Below, piece after piece: positions 7,941 to 17,700 of a stretch of 64,000 bases of DNA. The notes below the pieces were generated by a model, which was given only the letters and a program-made list of their open reading frames with translations, did not search any database and had not been told where the DNA came from. Every line of letters starts with the position of its first letter. Position 1 is the stretch's first letter. This DNA is from Roseibacillus sp. (GTDB lineage: Bacteria > Verrucomicrobiota > Verrucomicrobiia > Verrucomicrobiales > Akkermansiaceae): the NCBI GenBank assembly GCA_051251855.1, contig JBPOGI010000001.1, forward strand, positions 1,088,001 to 1,152,000. The letters are read 5' to 3'. The position numbers and the translations under genes are program-made.

Positions 7941-10034
7941 ATGGAATCACGTTTTCGGTTTCGTCTCTACCTCCTCACCGCGCTCATTTTGTTGGGGACG
8001 GTTTCATTGCTGCATCGCTTGCATCAATTTCAGATCAAAGATCAGCATTACTACATTCGTAAAAAACCCGGCTTTAGTGTGGTGGCTATTCGCGAGCCAG
8101 GCGTTCGGGGTGAAATCAAGGACCGCAATGGAGTCCCGCTGGCCGAGAATTATCGCATCTACGAGTTGGTCGTCAACTTGGGCGAGATACGAGAATCATG
8201 GGTCCGCCAATGGAAGGTTGAAAAAGCCAATAGCGATGAAGAGGATACCAAGCCTCCTGAAATCGATGAGATTGTCGAACAGCTCATTATCCCTCGCCTC
8301 AAAGAACTAGGGGTTGAACCAAGGTTGAATCGAACAGCGATCAAGACGCACTTCATTACCCATGGCGACCTCGTTCCTTACGTCTTTCCCGGGGAGTTGG
8401 ATTTCGATCAATTCTCGCGTCTCGCAGAGCACAAATTGGGTCTACAAGGAGTCTATGTGAACTCGCGGCCCCAGCGCCGATACCCATTAGGCACCTTGGC
8501 TGGCCATGTGGTAGGTTACGTTCAGCAGTGGAAAAAAGGAACTTACACCGCCGCAGAGAAGGCTGAATTCGCCCACTATTTTGGAGATAGCAAGGGCGTG
8601 AGTGGAGTCGAAAAAGCTTATAACGATATTCTCACCGGGCAACACGGGAAGCGCAGCCTCTACAAAGACGAAAAGGGACAGATCATTGGGCGCACAGTAG
8701 ATTCCCGCCCCCCTGCCCAAGGCGCTGATTTGACCCTTACGATTGACGCGGGAATTCAATGCCTGACTGAAAACATCCTGAGAAAGGCTGGTCGTGCAGC
8801 AGCAGTGGTCATGGACGTCAACACTGGTGAAGTTCTCGCCCTAGCCTCTGTCCCAAACTACGATCCCAACGACTACATACCCTCCCTTTCGCAAGCCTCT
8901 GCCGACTACTATTTTCAAAATAAGGGTCACCCTTTTACCAACCGCGCAGTCTCGAGCTTCATGTCTGGCTCTACGACAAAGCTTCCTGTTGCCTTGACTG
9001 CTGCGATGAACGGCCAAGTCGGCTTCGTCGATAACTGCCGTGGCTATGTCGCCTTTGGGCCCCGCACGAGGATCCACTGCCACAGGACTTCTGGCCATGG
9101 TTCTTTAGGAATGGAGTCTGCAATCCAGCGTTCTTGCAATCCCTACTTCATGGACTTGGCCAACAAAATGGGTCGTCGGAAGATTGTCGAAGGCTTTTCA
9201 ATTCTCAATCTTGGACGACGAACAGGGGTCGGCCTTCCCGACGAAAGTCCCGGAGTCCTGCCGGGCAGCGAGCTGTGGCTTCAAAGACAAGAGCCAGGCT
9301 CGATTGTCACCGCTTCTCAACTTGCTCAAACTGCTATCGGCCAATGGCACATGGAGGCCACCCCCCTTCAGATTTGCGCAGTCACTGCCTGTATCGCTAA
9401 TGGAGGAAAATACTACCGTCCTCGCCTCCTCAAGGAAGCAAAGCTGCAGAATGATATTATCGAACAGGATCGCCCCCAATTAGAGGTCGATTTAGTTGCC
9501 GAAAAGGGTGTTTCCCCTTCGGATATCAAGCGAATCCAGCGAGGTATGTGGCTCGCAGCCAACCAAGCAGGCGGAACCGCACAAAGAGTTACCGTGCAGG
9601 GGTTTATCGCTGCAGCCAAAACTGGAACCGTTCAGCTCGGGACAAAAAACAATCGAAAAAATAACGCTTGGGTGACCGCCTACGCCCCCTTCGACAAGCC
9701 TCGCTACGCAGTTACCGTCTTTGTTGAAGGAGGAGGAAGTGGCGGAAAAGTAGCAGGTCCCCTCGCCCACATGCTCTTACGTGGAATTGCCGCCACCGAG
9801 AAGGGCTTGAGGCTGCCAGTGAAGCGAATGGGAAAATTCGCTGGTCATTTCGATGCAATCGAAGAGATTGAGCTTCCAGAAGATTCACTTCTCTCCATTA
9901 CCTTGGAAGAAGAGGGAGAGACGGCGGATACGATCATTGAGTCGTCTGACGAAAGTCAGCCAGTGAAAGTGAAGCCTCGCATTATCCCTCTGCCAGGTAC
10001 TGGCAGAGACCAATCTGAGGACGCAGGCGAGTAA
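7941..10034 (+). CDS. mrdA: Penicillin-binding protein 2 (class B transpeptidase)
   Basis: RGEIKDRNG, RRYPLG, G.SGVEK, and the catalytic motifs STTK (SxxK), SCN (SxN) and KTG. Confidence 0.93.
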   Translation: MESRFRFRLYLLTALILLGTVSLLHRLHQFQIKDQHYYIRKKPGFSVVAIREPGVRGEIKDRNGVPLAENYRIYELVVNLGEIRESWVRQWKVEKANSDEEDTKPPEIDEIVEQLIIPRLKELGVEPRLNRTAIKTHFITHGDLVPYVFPGELDFDQFSRLAEHKLGLQGVYVNSRPQRRYPLGTLAGHVVGYVQQWKKGTYTAAEKAEFAHYFGDSKGVSGVEKAYNDILTGQHGKRSLYKDEKGQIIGRTVDSRPPAQGADLTLTIDAGIQCLTENILRKAGRAAAVVMDVNTGEVLALASVPNYDPNDYIPSLSQASADYYFQNKGHPFTNRAVSSFMSGSTTKLPVALTAAMNGQVGFVDNCRGYVAFGPRTRIHCHRTSGHGSLGMESAIQRSCNPYFMDLANKMGRRKIVEGFSILNLGRRTGVGLPDESPGVLPGSELWLQRQEPGSIVTASQLAQTAIGQWHMEATPLQICAVTACIANGGKYYRPRLLKEAKLQNDIIEQDRPQLEVDLVAEKGVSPSDIKRIQRGMWLAANQAGGTAQRVTVQGFIAAAKTGTVQLGTKNNRKNNAWVTAYAPFDKPRYAVTVFVEGGGSGGKVAGPLAHMLLRGIAATEKGLRLPVKRMGKFAGHFDAIEEIELPEDSLLSITLEEEGETADTIIESSDESQPVKVKPRIIPLPGTGRDQSEDAGE

Positions 10035-10067
10035 GTCGCTTGCAAACAACGAATTTCAAAGACACAC

Positions 10068-11654
10068 ATGTTGAAACAAATCAAAAGAGCCTTTGGCTTC
10101 GGGGAAGTTGACCCCCGCCAAGGTAATACCATCGTCATCAACGCCGAGACCCTCGAGCGCCGCGTCGCGCTGCTCGAGAACGGTCAGTTGGAAGAGTATA
10201 ATATTGAACGCGAGGGCGAAGTGAACCTTGTGGGCAGTATTTTCAAAGGCCGCGTCAAGAATATCGAGCAAGGCCTCAAAGCCATGTTCGTTGACATTGG
10301 CATGGAAAAGAACGCCTTCCTTCACTTTTGGGACGCCATCCCAGCTGCACTCGACAACTCCATGGAGGAAATTCAGCGCAGCGACCGGCCGCGCAAGAAG
10401 CAAAAGAAAATCAGCTCCAAAGATATTCCGAGTATCTATCCCATTGGCTCGGAAATCATGATTCAAGTATCCAAGGGGCCCATTGGTACCAAGGGACCTC
10501 GCGTCACCACCAATGTCTCATTGGCAGGCCGTTACCTTGTGCTGATGCCCTTCTCTGAGCAGTTCGGTATTTCTCGCAAGATCGACGACCCCAAAGAGCG
10601 TGATCGCCTCCGGAGCATCATGCAGAAGCTCGATGTCCCTGAAGGAATGGGCATCATTATGCGTACCGTGGCTCAAGGCCAACGTGCGCGCCACTTTATG
10701 CGGGACCTCGACATGCTTCTCGATCAGTGGGAAGCGGTCGAAGACAAGCGCGACGCCAATCCTGCGCCCGTTTGCGCCTTCCAAGAACCCGGGATCATTG
10801 AACGCACCGCGCGCGACTTCCTCACTGAGGACATCGACAACGTCATTTGTGATGACCTCGAGACCACCGAATTGATGCGCGGCATTGCTGAGAAAATTTC
10901 TCGGCGGGCGAAGCGTCGCATTCATCACTACCCCACTCGCTCAGCCATTTTCGACAAGCTCGGAGTGCAGAAGCAGATCGATGAAGCCTTTCATCGCCAA
11001 GTGTGGATGCCCTGCGGGGGCTACATCGTGATTGATGAGACTGAAGCTCTCATTGCGGTGGATGTAAACTCGGGTCGCAACCGGGGTGGCAAGGACGTCG
11101 ACAAGACCTTGTTGCAAACAAATATCGAAGCGGCCGAAGAAGTGGCCCGCCAACTTCGCTTACGTAACATCGGCGGATTGGTTGTCGTCGACTTCATCGA
11201 CATGCGTCACCGCCGTGATCAGATGGCGGTTTACCGCGTTATGAAGGATCGCATGAACCGTGATAAGGCCAAGACTCAGGTCCTCCAGATTTCATCGGTC
11301 GGCCTCATGGAGATGACCCGCCAGCGTCTGAATGAAAGTCTGCAAGAGACACTTTCGGAGCCTTGTGAATATTGCGAAGGTCGTGGCCGCGTGAAGACTT
11401 CCTTTACGCTTAGTGTCGAAATTCAGCGTGCACTTAACACCGTGATTGCACGTCATCAGGAGGAAGCGGGCGACCTCGTCGTCATCGTTCATCCTGTCGT
11501 ACTCGAACGCTTCAAAAAAGAGGATTCTCACATCCTCATGGACCTAGAGAGAAAGCACACTGGCCGCCTCATTTTCCGCACCGATTCGACGCGCCATCGC
11601 GAGCGCTACGACATCATCGATGCCGCTACTGAGAAGTCCTACGCTTCGGCTTAA
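10068..11654 (+). CDS. rng: Ribonuclease E/G family (RNase G-sized)
   Basis: S1 domain, KGPRVTTNVSLAGR, VDVNSG, LRNIGGLVVVDFIDM, CEYCEGRG Zn-link. Confidence 0.93.
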   Translation: MLKQIKRAFGFGEVDPRQGNTIVINAETLERRVALLENGQLEEYNIEREGEVNLVGSIFKGRVKNIEQGLKAMFVDIGMEKNAFLHFWDAIPAALDNSMEEIQRSDRPRKKQKKISSKDIPSIYPIGSEIMIQVSKGPIGTKGPRVTTNVSLAGRYLVLMPFSEQFGISRKIDDPKERDRLRSIMQKLDVPEGMGIIMRTVAQGQRARHFMRDLDMLLDQWEAVEDKRDANPAPVCAFQEPGIIERTARDFLTEDIDNVICDDLETTELMRGIAEKISRRAKRRIHHYPTRSAIFDKLGVQKQIDEAFHRQVWMPCGGYIVIDETEALIAVDVNSGRNRGGKDVDKTLLQTNIEAAEEVARQLRLRNIGGLVVVDFIDMRHRRDQMAVYRVMKDRMNRDKAKTQVLQISSVGLMEMTRQRLNESLQETLSEPCEYCEGRGRVKTSFTLSVEIQRALNTVIARHQEEAGDLVVIVHPVVLERFKKEDSHILMDLERKHTGRLIFRTDSTRHRERYDIIDAATEKSYASA

Positions 11655-11808
11655 GAACGAGGCGGCACCTTATCCTTTAATTATAGGACTCAGTTCGATT
11701 CGCTTCTTTTGGCGCTTCGCTTCTGGGTCCTCTTTTTTGCTGGGAGGCTTCCGCATTTTGGGACTCTCCGAGTTCGTAGACCTTCAATCGACAACGAAGA
11801 AAAGAAAA

Positions 11809-11883
11809 TGGTAGGCCCACCAGGAATCGAACCTAGATCTACGGTACCGGAAACCGTCGTTCTATCCATTGAACTACAGGCCC
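11809..11883 (-). tRNA. tRNA-Arg(CCG)
   Basis: Reverse complement GGGCCTGTAGTTCAATGGATAGAACGACGGTTTCCGGTACCGTAGATCTAGGTTCGATTCCTGGTGGGCCTACCA folds as a cloverleaf with anticodon CCG and encoded CCA. TTGACA-N18-CATTCT promoter upstream. Confidence 0.97.
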
Positions 11884-11997
11884 TACGCGGGCGCGGAGAA
11901 TGCACTGCTCTCCCTGCTCCTGTCAATCGACAATGAGCCCTTTAGTTGCTTCTCTGCTGGACGAGGCGGCCTAGATTCGGGAACCTTCATTCGACGA

Positions 11998-13827
11998 ATG
12001 ATTCTCACCAATCCATGGGGCCTCCTTGCCCTTCTCGGAATTCCTGCGGTCCTGCTGATTCACTTTCTGCAAAGACAAGCTCAGGTCATTCCCGTCTCCA
12101 CTCTTTTTCTTCTAGAGCAAACCCAGCGCGAATCTACTTCAGGCCGTCGCTTTGACCGCCTCACCAACTCCATCCCTCTGTGGCTCCAACTTCTGATGGT
12201 GCTCTTGCTGACCTGGCTACTCGCTGAACCACGTTACAAAAGTAAAACATCGACTCAACAAGTCGCCATCGTCATCGACTCTTCGGCCTCGATGTCAGTC
12301 TTCCGTGACGAACTCAAGACGACCCTAGAAACAGAACTCCCCAACCTCAAGGGCCCGGCTTCGAAGCTCCAAATTTATCTCCTCACTTCTGATCCTGATG
12401 AACCGATCCTTTACTCTGGCGACGACCAAAAGGAAGCCTTAGCCGCTATCGCAGAATGGAGCCCTACTGCAGGGGCGATGGACCCGAACGCGGCCCTGCG
12501 CCTTGCTCGTTCACGAATTCGTAGCGAAGGCCTCCTCATCTATCTCACCGATAATTTGGAACGCACCGAACTCCCCTTTGACGCTCAACTTCTCGCCATC
12601 GGAAAGCCCACCGACAACCTCGGTTTCACGGGCCTCAGCTTTTCCGAAGACGGGAAGTCCTGGCAAGCCACCGTCCGCAACTATTCCGACACTCAAGCAG
12701 AACGCGGCTGGCAGGTGCTATTTCCCGACGGGTCTCTCTCCGAAAAGCGCGAGCTCGTCCTTTCCGCCGATGGAATTAGCACCATCACTGGCACCTTTCC
12801 CACTGGCGCAGACTACCTCACCGTCAAACTCGACTCCGACTCCTTAGCTCTCGATGACCACCTCCCTATCATCAACCCTCAGCCCAAAACCCTCAATACT
12901 CTCTCCGAACTCCCTCCCAAGTTCAATGACTTCGAAAAACGCTTCCTCTCCTTTTTCCCCAATCTCGAAACGAAAACAAGTTCCACTCCCGACCTCACTC
13001 TTTCTTCCTACGATCCTCTTCTCCCCATCATTCCGGAGACTCATTCAATCATCACCATTAACGAGACCGCTCGCTCGCGAAAATTCCTTTCCGGCGGCAT
13101 CGTCTCCGAACCTCACCCATTGACCCAAGGCCTCAATTGGCAAGCCCTCCAGTCTCGCGAGACCATCCCCTTCCCTGTTACGTCTTCGGACAAAGTTCTT
13201 CTCTGGCAAGGTCAGCGTCCTCTCATCGTGCTTCGTGAAGTTCTCGCTATCGAAGGCGAAACCTCCTCTAGCCCCAAAGAGCATCTTATTTTCAACTTCG
13301 ACCTCTCACTCTCTAACGCTCTCAAGCTGCCTTCTACTGTCATTCTCCTCCATCGCTTTACGAGTGGACTTCGCGAACAAAAAATAGCTTTCGAAGCTAT
13401 CAATACCGAGACGAACCAAGAACTCGACCTCGCCCACGATCCTTCTCAGCAACTCATCATCAAACAACTGGCGGCAGAAGGAGCCTTTCTAACCCGCGAA
13501 ATGCCTCTTAATGAAATCCTTCACACCCCTAGTCAACCTGGCTATTTCGAAGTGTTTCAAGGCGAGACCCTCCTCCTCAAATCAGCTAGCCATTTCGCAG
13601 ACACTCGGGAAGCTGACCTTCGCAAGGCAGCCACTCAAAACGAACTGACTCGTCTCACGGCTTCCGCAGTGGACCAGAATACCAACGAGGACAAGTGGTG
13701 GCCGGTTTGGGTCCTCCTCACCATTACGGCCCTTCTTGCCGCATGGCACTTCACTAAGACGAAAGCCAACGAAGAGGATACCAAGGAAGCCACATCCATT
13801 GGTCCAAGCTCTCACCCCACGGGTTAG
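11998..13827 (+). CDS. BatA N-terminal domain + vWA domain membrane protein
   Basis: MILTNPWGLLALLGIPAVLLIHFL...VSTLFLL (BatA), IVIDSSASM (MIDAS), C-terminal TM. Start moved to ATG 11998 because the longer ORF overlaps the tRNA. Confidence 0.85.
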   Translation: MILTNPWGLLALLGIPAVLLIHFLQRQAQVIPVSTLFLLEQTQRESTSGRRFDRLTNSIPLWLQLLMVLLLTWLLAEPRYKSKTSTQQVAIVIDSSASMSVFRDELKTTLETELPNLKGPASKLQIYLLTSDPDEPILYSGDDQKEALAAIAEWSPTAGAMDPNAALRLARSRIRSEGLLIYLTDNLERTELPFDAQLLAIGKPTDNLGFTGLSFSEDGKSWQATVRNYSDTQAERGWQVLFPDGSLSEKRELVLSADGISTITGTFPTGADYLTVKLDSDSLALDDHLPIINPQPKTLNTLSELPPKFNDFEKRFLSFFPNLETKTSSTPDLTLSSYDPLLPIIPETHSIITINETARSRKFLSGGIVSEPHPLTQGLNWQALQSRETIPFPVTSSDKVLLWQGQRPLIVLREVLAIEGETSSSPKEHLIFNFDLSLSNALKLPSTVILLHRFTSGLREQKIAFEAINTETNQELDLAHDPSQQLIIKQLAAEGAFLTREMPLNEILHTPSQPGYFEVFQGETLLLKSASHFADTREADLRKAATQNELTRLTASAVDQNTNEDKWWPVWVLLTITALLAAWHFTKTKANEEDTKEATSIGPSSHPTG

Positions 13828-14100
13828 CTCAGAATTTCTCGCTTCGTATCTTTCTCTGTCCGCTTTTCCGTGAAGCGAAGTGCCATAAACAGGCCTTTTT
13901 CGCAGCGGAAACGACGGAATCGGACATTGGTATGTAAGAAAATCAACAGGAGAGGAGCTTGAGCTGACTTGTCCCAAGGGGGATTTGTCTTTGAGGCGGG
14001 GATATCTTGGGCTCTTCCCAGCACGACATGCTGCCTCGCCCAAGCTTTTTTAGTTCGGTTTTCAATTTAATCTGATAGGTTGAAGCGATCAGTTCTTTAA

Positions 14101-14697
14101 ATGTCGTTAAAAACTAAGCTGTTAGTAATTTTTGTGCTCGTTGGAGTCCTTTCTTTAGGACTGCAAATTCTGCGCCCTGATACGAAAGACTTCCCTGATT
14201 CTTCGAAAACAGCAGTTAACGGGCCAAAATCTAGCAACCAAATCTCCACTCCAAATCTCCTCGAAACCGAAAAGCAGATCGCTAGTAAAGGCTCTTATGC
14301 TACTTCGCAGATCGAGAGAGTTGAGCCCGTCACTTTGGATGATATCTCCACCGATCTTACGCCAGAAGAAGCAACTGGACTTTTTCAACGCCTTTCTACC
14401 GAGCTGATTATTGAAGTTAATAAACTGGCTGAGAATAACGATCGAGCTCAGATAGAAAGCCGACTCTCTCCAATCGTCCAAAAGTTCTACTACCTTAACC
14501 GGACCACTCCACCGACCGAAGACGTGATTCAAGGGCGACTCCCCTCTAGCTACCAATCCGATATTCGAAATCTGGAAGAGCTTTGGACCAACAACCCTGA
14601 ATTGGCCACCGCCGTTGATGATCTCTTTGCCCGCTTCGATTTACTCGATCACGAGCATGTCCCCTATCAGCTCAGAAATGAGCTGACGTTGCATTAG
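14101..14697 (+). CDS. Hypothetical membrane-anchored/exported protein
   Basis: N-terminal hydrophobic helix, S/T-rich linker, helical domain; ends 29 nt before the large cytochrome gene. Confidence 0.75.
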   Translation: MSLKTKLLVIFVLVGVLSLGLQILRPDTKDFPDSSKTAVNGPKSSNQISTPNLLETEKQIASKGSYATSQIERVEPVTLDDISTDLTPEEATGLFQRLSTELIIEVNKLAENNDRAQIESRLSPIVQKFYYLNRTTPPTEDVIQGRLPSSYQSDIRNLEELWTNNPELATAVDDLFARFDLLDHEHVPYQLRNELTLH

Positions 14698-14726
14698 AAA
14701 ACACCCCATTAAAACCCGATCCGCCC

Positions 14727-17700
14727 ATGTTTAAAATAATCCCACGTTTCCAGTCTTCATTTGGAACGACCACAACTTTCTTGGTTTGCGCCCTCGCCTT
14801 TACTGAGACCCTGATGGGGCAGCTCTCAAGTGATCTGACAGCCTACTGGACCTTCGACAACAGCCTTGATGATGTCGCAGGAAGCTATCTCGGAAATGCG
14901 AACACCAACGACGACAACCTCACTTTCCAAGGAACGGGAGCTCAATATGGCACAGGTCTTTTTGGCGCGGCAGGCTATACGAGCGCTGGACAAGGTTATG
15001 CAAGCACTCCCGACAGTGTAGATGTCGATGCGAATAACAATACCATCTCCATATCAGTCTGGACCCGTGTCGAAAACTTCAACAAAAATTGGCAGACCTT
15101 ACTTTCGAAAGGGGAAGGTTCTAATTTCCGGATTTCACGTTATCAGAGTTCAAACTTTGTCAACTGTCGGGTAGGAAGCGGCGACTTCTCCAGTAATCCG
15201 TTCGGAATTAATGACGGCCAATGGCACCATATTGTGACGACTGGAGGCCCTTCTGGCTCCCTTCTCTACATCGATGGCGTACTAGCCAACAGCAATACGA
15301 GCCCTGCCGTTCTTTCGAATGATAACACTGACTTTTGGATTGGTGACAACCCCGAGGCAACCGGCCGTCAATGGGATGGCGAAATCGATGATGTTGCTCT
15401 TTGGCATCGGGAGCTTTCAGCTGCTGAAGTGACTTCAATCTACCAAGCAGGAACCGATGCTCAAGGCCCTCAGTCTCTTGGTCAACTCATCATCGCCTCC
15501 TCCGATGGTGACAATGATGATGACGGCCTCCCCGATGAATGGGAGTTCACCCATGGTCTCAGCTTCAGCGCCGCCAGTGGCGCCCTTGGTGACGATGGAG
15601 CCAGCGGCGACCCAGACGGTGACTCACTCTCGAACCTTGACGAATACTTGGCAGGAACCAATCCCGTCTTAAGCGATACTGATCAGGATGGCTTGTGGGA
15701 TGGTGCAGAAGTAAACACTTATCTTACCGACCCGACCTTGGCCGACTCCGACAGCGACGGTTCCCCCGATGGCGAGGAGATTTTGTTCTCTTCAGACCCT
15801 AATGACGACTCATCCCTCCCAGCGGCCAACGAGAACGCTTCCGGTCTGACTAGCGTGGGAGGAATCGGCCCCTATTTAGATGGAAATCTTCCATCCCTGA
15901 CTCCCAATAATGGAAATGCTACCGGAGACCTTTGGTCCACAGCCAACGCCTTCCCGGCTTTGGGTAACTTTGGTTCCTTGAAGGGACTCGTCTCGGAGCC
16001 TCTGTCTAACAATCTGCATGTGATTGAGCGTGGAGGTACCATCCAGCGTGTTGATGTCACCAATCCAACAGCCAAGGTGGAAGTGCTCAATATTTCTGCT
16101 CTCACCGTTAATGGAGACAACGGTGGTCTTCGCAGTGTCGTTTTTCACCCCGAATTCAATGAAGTGGGCTCTCCGAACCGCAATTACATGTATTGCTTCT
16201 ATTCCACCGACGCAGACGCTTCGCGCGGGTTCACAAACGGAGATGGCAATTTCTTCTATCGTCTTTCGCGCTTCACCCGAAATGAAAGCAGTGGACTCTT
16301 CCCTTCCTCTTCTGAACTCGTTCTTATTCAGCAGAGTTCGCCTGACGAGGGCCAACACTTCGGAGGAAGTCTAGGTTTCGACCCTGATGGCTTCCTCCTT
16401 ATCGGATGGGGTGATATGGAGTTTAATAGTAGCCGTGTCGGGGTCGATTTCTATCAAGACGCGCAACGGGTGGATCGCATTTTTCAAGCTGCTGTCCTGC
16501 GTATTGATGTCGATATGCAAGGGGGCGCAATTAGCAGCCCTCCGACTCGAACCCTACAAGGCTCTTCTGGTCCTAACGCGGCTGCAGGCACCGACCAGAG
16601 CTGCCCCACCGGTCACGCCTACTACCATGTCGATAACTTCTCGGGAATCGATTACTATATTCCTAGTGACAACTACTTTGTCCTTAATCCGCCTGCTCCT
16701 GGGGATGGTTCTTTTGCTAACACTCCTTTACATGGCGACGCACTCGGCGAACACATGGCCTTGGGCACCAGAAATCCATGGAGAATGGCAGTAGACCCCG
16801 TTGATGGTGACATTGCCCTTTTCAACGTTGGTTCCAATTCTGGTGACGATTTTGAAGAAGTGGAGCTTGTCAGCCAAGGCTACAATGGTGGCTGGCCCTA
16901 CCTCGAAGGTCTGACTTCCCAGACTTCCGAAACAGGACGCAATACTCCTCCTTCACAATATGCTCCAACAGCCCTAGGCACCGAGACCAGTCCCATCACC
17001 TATTGGGCCCATGGAACAGGAAGAGTCGCGTCGGGAGGCCTCTTCTATCGTGGCTCAAAGTGGTCCACTATCGACAAACATCTCATTTTTGGAGATCACG
17101 GGAACGGTAAGATTTGGGCTCTCGACTATAAGGACTTCGGCGCTGCTGCCTCCACCTATACCGAGACCGATGGCGCGCTTGCTCCCTCCAACTATACCCT
17201 TCGGGAGTTGGTGGACTCCACTGGCAACATCCGTCAGATGGCAGCTGGACCAAGCGGTGAAGACATCTACATCGCCACCAGCAACCAGATTCATATTCTT
17301 ACCAATGCAGCCGCACCCAACCCCGAGCCACCAGCACTCCTTTCTGCCACGGGAGCCTTCACCGACCTTGCTAATCTGGTTCCCCGAGGCGGACTAATTC
17401 CATATCAACCGGCCTCTCAATTGTGGTCAGACCGCGCTGCTAAGCTTCGTTGGATTGCCGTTCCTAACAACGAAGGTGTCAGCGGTGAGTATGATGATGC
17501 CAGCCAGAAGATCACCTATTCCGAAGAGGCAGAATGGGCCTACCCGATTGGCACCGTCTTCATTAAACACTTTGCACTCCCGTCTGATCTTCGTGACCCA
17601 GGCAACGCCGCCCTTTTGACTCCAGTCGAAACTCGCTTTGCGGTGAGAAACGAAGACGGAGACTATTATTACTTTAGCTATCGCTGGAGAGCTGATGGTT

